Shown one piece after another: positions 59,783 through 64,000 of a DNA stretch of 64,000 nucleotides. Under the pieces are notes generated by a model. The model saw only the letters and a list, made by a program, of their open reading frames with translations. It did no database searches and had not been told where the DNA came from. The number at the start of each line of letters is the position of its first letter. Position 1 is the stretch's first letter. The stretch lies in assembly GCA_028289445.1 (NCBI GenBank), contig JANQPO010000014.1:467944-531943 (forward strand), written 5' to 3'. The translations under genes were made by a program, and so were the position numbers. Source of the DNA: Tepidamorphaceae bacterium. Lineage in GTDB: Bacteria; Pseudomonadota; Alphaproteobacteria; Rhizobiales; JAKSCL01.

Positions 59783-61024
59783 ATGCCTTTCATTGCCTCC
59801 GATCACGTTCGGACAGCGCGCGCAACACTGGCGGACCATCAGGATACCGCGAGCTTCTCGGTTTCGCATGTCACGAACATCGCAACCGTTGAAGCTGAAT
59901 GGCGGACACTGCAATCGACCCCCGCAGCCTCTCCCTACCAGGGTTATAGCTGGGTCAGAGGTTGGCTTGAGCACGTCGCCCTGCCGAATGGACTTTCGCC
60001 CATCATCGGCATTGTGCGTTCGGGCGATAACGTCGAAGCGATCCTGCCGCTCGTCAACGAAACCCGGCACGGCATCACCGTCAGCCGGTTTGTCGGGGGC
60101 AGTCACAACAATATCAACATGCCATTGATGGGCGCTGCCTTCGCAGCGCGCGCAACACCTTCTATGGTTGTCGACATCCTCGATTGCCTCGCCGCCGATT
60201 GCGGCGGTGTCGATGTGTTCGAGTTGACCAATCAGCCCCTCGACTGGGCTGGTCAAGCGAACCCCTTCGCACGCATTCGGTCGGGCAAAGCGCCCGATCC
60301 TCTTTATTTCTGCGCGTTGGCCGACGATTTCGAGGACTTCGCGCGGGATCGGCGAAGCGCGAAGTCGTTGCAGACGCTGCGGCGCAAGCGCCGCAAACTT
60401 GAAACCGAATTTGGCCCGATTGCGGTTTCCAGAGCGGAAACTTCTGAGTCATTCGATCGTGCATGGGCGGCCTTTATGGAGCAACGCGGCGCCCGGTTTG
60501 CGACGCAGGGGATCCACAACGTGTTTCAGGATCCAGAGGTCAAAGCCTTTCTTGAAAGCGGGTTGAAAGCGGGCCTTGGTACTGAGCGCGACGAGGACGG
60601 AAGACTTGCGATTCAGTCACTTTCGGCTGGCGACACGATCCTTGCCACCTATCTCACGATCAGCAGCGGTACGCATGTGTCCGTGGTCGCAAATTCAATC
60701 ACCGAGCACGAGTCGGGCGCAAAGCACAGTCCAGGAATCCTTCTCTTGGAGCATTTGCTGAAGACGTGTTGCGAGGCCGGTGTCAGAACATTTGACCTTG
60801 GCGCCGGCGCCTTGCCTTACAAGGAAGAGTGGTGCGATCGCCTCGACCTTTACAACACGCACCTGCCGATTACGCCGATCGGATCCATTTATGCGACCGC
60901 GGCACGGGCCAATGCCGCTGCAAAGCGGCATATCAAGGCGAACGATCGCCTCTGGTCACTCGCTAAATCGGTACGCGCCGGATTGGCCGCACGCGGACGT
61001 CAGCGCCAATCGCCCGACGCCTGA
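59783..61024 (+). CDS. GNAT-fold N-acyltransferase of the CelD/BioF2-like type (second paralog)
   Basis: 413 aa from the ATG at 59783. It has the same architecture as the product of 21940..23172 (YQGYSW..W, FDLGAGALPYKEEW) and a similar basic C-terminal tail. Confidence 0.75.
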   Translation: MPFIASDHVRTARATLADHQDTASFSVSHVTNIATVEAEWRTLQSTPAASPYQGYSWVRGWLEHVALPNGLSPIIGIVRSGDNVEAILPLVNETRHGITVSRFVGGSHNNINMPLMGAAFAARATPSMVVDILDCLAADCGGVDVFELTNQPLDWAGQANPFARIRSGKAPDPLYFCALADDFEDFARDRRSAKSLQTLRRKRRKLETEFGPIAVSRAETSESFDRAWAAFMEQRGARFATQGIHNVFQDPEVKAFLESGLKAGLGTERDEDGRLAIQSLSAGDTILATYLTISSGTHVSVVANSITEHESGAKHSPGILLLEHLLKTCCEAGVRTFDLGAGALPYKEEWCDRLDLYNTHLPITPIGSIYATAARANAAAKRHIKANDRLWSLAKSVRAGLAARGRQRQSPDA

Positions 61025-61036
61025 CCCAGCTTCGTC

Positions 61037-61762
61037 TCATCCGCTGACCAGCGCCTGCAGCAATTGCTGGCGACTCGCGGGCATGGTCACGCCTCGCGGA
61101 CCATAAACATGGCGATCAAGAAAGTAGCCGGTGAGCGCAAATCCCTGGCGCACTTTTTCGGGATTGGTGGCGGCGCTCCCGGCGCCGTCGGTCAAAAACG
61201 ACGGTAGCGGCAACAGGCGGTCGCGATAGGGCGCGCCCGCCTCGCGACACACAGCCCGGCCCGACTTCGGCGAGACGTAGACTAGGTGGTCGCTCACCCC
61301 GGTCGCTGCGCACCGATGCAAGTCGAGGCCGAAGCCCAAGTCGTCAAGAAAGGCCAGTTCGAACCGAACCACGGCAACTCCAGCCTGCGGCTCCTCGCCA
61401 AGTGCCGAGAGAATGGCATCGAGTGTCTGAAAGAGCCTTGGATGCGGCTCGCGCTCGGCCAACAAAAGACAGTGTGCCGTGAGCGTGTTGAGAGCATGAA
61501 GACTGGCCGCCATGGTCATGAGTCCGGCGGCGCGCTGCACAAGCGGTTCGACCGTATACGTCCCCAAATGGTCTTCCAGCCGCGCGCGCCACACCGCGTT
61601 GACGCTATTGCCGGGTTGGAGCGCTGCCTGCATACGCCGCGATCTGCCACCGCGTACCAGGCCAAGATGACGCCCGCGCTCAGCGGTCAAAAGTTCAAGA
61701 ATGGCATTGGCTTCGCCGTGTTTCCGCACGCCTAGGATGATGCCGTCTTCCTGCCAATCCAT
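61037..61762 (-). CDS. recO: DNA repair protein RecO
   Basis: 241 aa. It begins MDWQEDGIILGVRKHGE (OB-fold start) and sits in the conserved context downstream of era. Confidence 0.9.
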   Translation of the reverse strand: MDWQEDGIILGVRKHGEANAILELLTAERGRHLGLVRGGRSRRMQAALQPGNSVNAVWRARLEDHLGTYTVEPLVQRAAGLMTMAASLHALNTLTAHCLLLAEREPHPRLFQTLDAILSALGEEPQAGVAVVRFELAFLDDLGFGLDLHRCAATGVSDHLVYVSPKSGRAVCREAGAPYRDRLLPLPSFLTDGAGSAATNPEKVRQGFALTGYFLDRHVYGPRGVTMPASRQQLLQALVSG

Positions 61763-61771
61763 GTTTTGGTC

Positions 61772-62692
61772 CTAGGTGGGAAACTCCAACCCCAGCTCGC
61801 GATAGCGCTGAGGATCGTCGACCCAGCGCTCGCGCACCTTGATGTGAAGGAAGAGATGGACGGGATGCCCGAGAAGATCGGCAAGCTCCATACGGGCATC
61901 CATTGAAACCGCCTTGATCATCTGGCCCTTGTGACCAAGCACGATACGGCGATGGGCTTCGCGTCCGACGAAGATCACCTGGCCGATGCGAACCGATCCG
62001 TCCTTGCGATTGTCCCACTCCTCCGTTTCCACGGTCAGCGCATAAGGCAATTCGTCGTGGACGCGCAGGAACAGCTTTTCGCGCGTGATCTCGGCAGCCA
62101 ACATACGAAGCGGCAGGTCGGACAGATGATCTTCCGGATAGTGCCAGACACCAAGAGGCACGCCCCGTGACATAGCCTGTTTCAAGTCTGAGACGCCGGA
62201 ACCCGTCTTGGCGGAGATCATGAACGTTTCGTCGAAACCAGCTAGCGTATTGGCCCGTTCGGCCAGGCCAAGAAGCATTTCTGGCTGAACGAGATCGATC
62301 TTATTGAGGGCAAGAAACTTCGGCCGCGCTATTTGCGCCAGCCGCGCCAGATTCGTCTCGTCCGCCTCGGAGAGCCCGGATCGCGCATCGATCAGGAACA
62401 CAATGATGTCGGCATCCTCGGCGCCTTGCCATGCGGCCTGGACCATGGCGCGGTCAAGCCGGCGCTTCGGCTCGAAGATACCAGGTGTGTCGACCAGAAT
62501 GACCTGCGCCGGCCCATCGACATAGGCGGCACGGATGGCCATGCGCGTCGTCTGAACCTTGTGAGTGACGATCGAGACCTTCGATTCGACCAAGCGGTTG
62601 ATCAGCGTCGATTTGCCGGCATTCGGCGCTCCGATTAGGGCAACGAAGCCAAACCGGGTTGCTGTATCGACCACATCTGGCTGATCGGTCAT
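61772..62692 (-). CDS. era: GTPase Era
   Basis: G1 motif GAPNAGKST, G3 DTPG, G4 NKID and a C-terminal KH domain. Confidence 0.96.
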   Translation of the reverse strand: MTDQPDVVDTATRFGFVALIGAPNAGKSTLINRLVESKVSIVTHKVQTTRMAIRAAYVDGPAQVILVDTPGIFEPKRRLDRAMVQAAWQGAEDADIIVFLIDARSGLSEADETNLARLAQIARPKFLALNKIDLVQPEMLLGLAERANTLAGFDETFMISAKTGSGVSDLKQAMSRGVPLGVWHYPEDHLSDLPLRMLAAEITREKLFLRVHDELPYALTVETEEWDNRKDGSVRIGQVIFVGREAHRRIVLGHKGQMIKAVSMDARMELADLLGHPVHLFLHIKVRERWVDDPQRYRELGLEFPT

Positions 62693-63393
62693 GGCACGCT
62701 CCAGGCGCCTTCACGCTCGAGAACGGCGCGTGCCGCGGCTTGCTCGGCGGCGCGTTTCGACCGTCCGCGTCCGATCTCGCCCGTGCCGCCCGGAACGACG
62801 ACCTCGATCGTGAACTCAGGGCTATGATCCGGACCGGTTTGATCCACGACGCGATAGACAGGCGCGGTGAAGCCACGCTTGTGGGCCCACTCCTGCAATG
62901 CGGTCTTGGCATCGCGCAACGGCGCGTCGTCGTCGAGGACGGGTTCCCAATTGGTCGTGATGAAGCCACTTGCGGCCGCCATCCCACCATCCAGGTAAAG
63001 CGCCGCGATCACCGCCTCGCAGGCGTCGCCGAGGATGGCCGTCTTCGATCGGCCGCCGCTTTTGTCTTCGCCCTCACCCATGATGATCCAGCCGCCGAGC
63101 CCGATGCCCCTGGCGACCTTGGCGCAGGTCTCCTTGCGGACCAGACGCGTCAGTCGACGCGATAGCTCGCCCTCGTCCGCATCGGGGAAGCGCGAAAAGA
63201 CGAGATCGGCGACCACCAACCCTAAGACCCGATCGCCGAGGAACTCAAGCCTTTGATAGCTTTGCGCGTGCCCCTCGATCACGGTCGGCACGCTGGAATG
63301 GGTCAACGCGCGCTCAAGCAGCGCGATATCCTTGAAGTGGTGACCGAGACGATCGCCGAGCGCGTCCAACCCCTGATTAGGCTGCGCCGTCAT
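62689..63393 (-). CDS. rnc: ribonuclease III
   Basis: ATG at 63393 overlaps the lepB stop (ATGA). It has the signature ERLEFLGDRVL and a C-terminal dsRBD. Confidence 0.95.
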   Translation of the reverse strand: MTAQPNQGLDALGDRLGHHFKDIALLERALTHSSVPTVIEGHAQSYQRLEFLGDRVLGLVVADLVFSRFPDADEGELSRRLTRLVRKETCAKVARGIGLGGWIIMGEGEDKSGGRSKTAILGDACEAVIAALYLDGGMAAASGFITTNWEPVLDDDAPLRDAKTALQEWAHKRGFTAPVYRVVDQTGPDHSPEFTIEVVVPGGTGEIGRGRSKRAAEQAAARAVLEREGAWSVP

Positions 63394-64000
63394 TCGACCG
63401 TGTTGAACAACCGCCCGGCGCGAACGCTCCAAGGCCAACGCCACACCTGCCAGGCACGCTCGCCTTCGCGCACCGAAAAGAAGATAATGTCGGCGCGGCC
63501 GACAAAATTCTCCAGCGGCACAAAGCCCACAGCGCCCGGTACGCGGCTGTCGGTCGAGTTGTCTCGATTGTCGCCCATCATGAAGTAGTGGCCCTCCGGC
63601 ACGTCGAAGACCGGCGTATTATCGGCAAAGCCATTGTCGATGAGATCTAGGGTCATGTAGGAGACGCCATTCGGCAGCGTTTCGCGGAATTGGGTGACCC
63701 GGCTCACGCTCCCGTTGCCTTCAGTCGAGACGAAATCGTCCACCTTGTCCCGCTTAACCGGCGTGCTGTTGATGTGAAGGACGCCATCGCGCATCTGGAT
63801 CTTATCGCCGGGCAGGCCGATGACCCGTTTGATGTAATCGGTGCGTTGATCGCTTGGCAGCTTGAACACGGCAACGTCGCCGCGTTCCGGCGCGTCCTCG
63901 ATCAGGCGGCCTTCAAAGAGCGGCGGCGAAAACGGGATCGAAAAGCGGCTATAGCCGTAGCTGAACTTCGAAACGAACAGGAAATCGCCCACCAACAGCG
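63390..64000 (-). CDS. lepB: signal peptidase I, C-terminal part (5' end lies beyond the window)
   Basis: It has the LVGDFLFVSKFSYG, YIKRVIGLPGD and GHYFMMGDNRDNSTDSR boxes. The apparent start at 63995 is an internal TTG (Leu). The catalytic-Ser box must lie upstream of the window. Confidence 0.9.
   Translation of the reverse strand, partial: LLVGDFLFVSKFSYGYSRFSIPFSPPLFEGRLIEDAPERGDVAVFKLPSDQRTDYIKRVIGLPGDKIQMRDGVLHINSTPVKRDKVDDFVSTEGNGSVSRVTQFRETLPNGVSYMTLDLIDNGFADNTPVFDVPEGHYFMMGDNRDNSTDSRVPGAVGFVPLENFVGRADIIFFSVREGERAWQVWRWPWSVRAGRLFNTVE

Overview
GC-rich window (about 60-65% by eye) with gene content and synteny typical of an alphaproteobacterial chromosome, order Hyphomicrobiales/Rhizobiales. 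It is densely coding and mostly core housekeeping. Recognisable genes and blocks include cimA, cysS, gltX, nadE, a class II DAHP synthase, metY, ctaA, plsX-fabH-ihfA-MerR-tRNA-Pro, hppA, nrdR-ribD-ribE-ribH-nusB-thiL, glyA, a valine-catabolism operon, hemB, ate, parC and recO-era-rnc-lepB. I found no rRNA, CRISPR array, transposase, integrase or phage genes. I found one tRNA, tRNA-Pro(GGG). The clearest accessory segment is a roughly 10 kb Wzy-type surface-polysaccharide locus (20.8-30.7 kb). Its gene set resembles the holdfast/unipolar-polysaccharide adhesin loci of Caulobacter and Agrobacterium. Its co-polymerase carries a visibly degenerate kinase-like domain, and no flippase is present in the window. 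Smaller candidates are listed below.
- A three-gene islet (ROK / NTF2-flavin monooxygenase / second CelD-HfsK-like acyltransferase) lies between parC and recO.
- An orphan cytoplasmic two-HKD phospholipase-D-family protein.
- Two small membrane proteins are embedded in the valine operon.
- Two sub-60-aa ORFs missing from the ORF track.
I do not see a convincing, self-contained novel multi-gene system. Every finding is a hypothesis from reading the sequence and needs database or experimental confirmation. Many long ORFs in the track are antisense shadow ORFs typical of high-GC DNA. Several track ORFs begin at non-ATG codons or carry spurious N-terminal extensions, and I trimmed those starts by hand.
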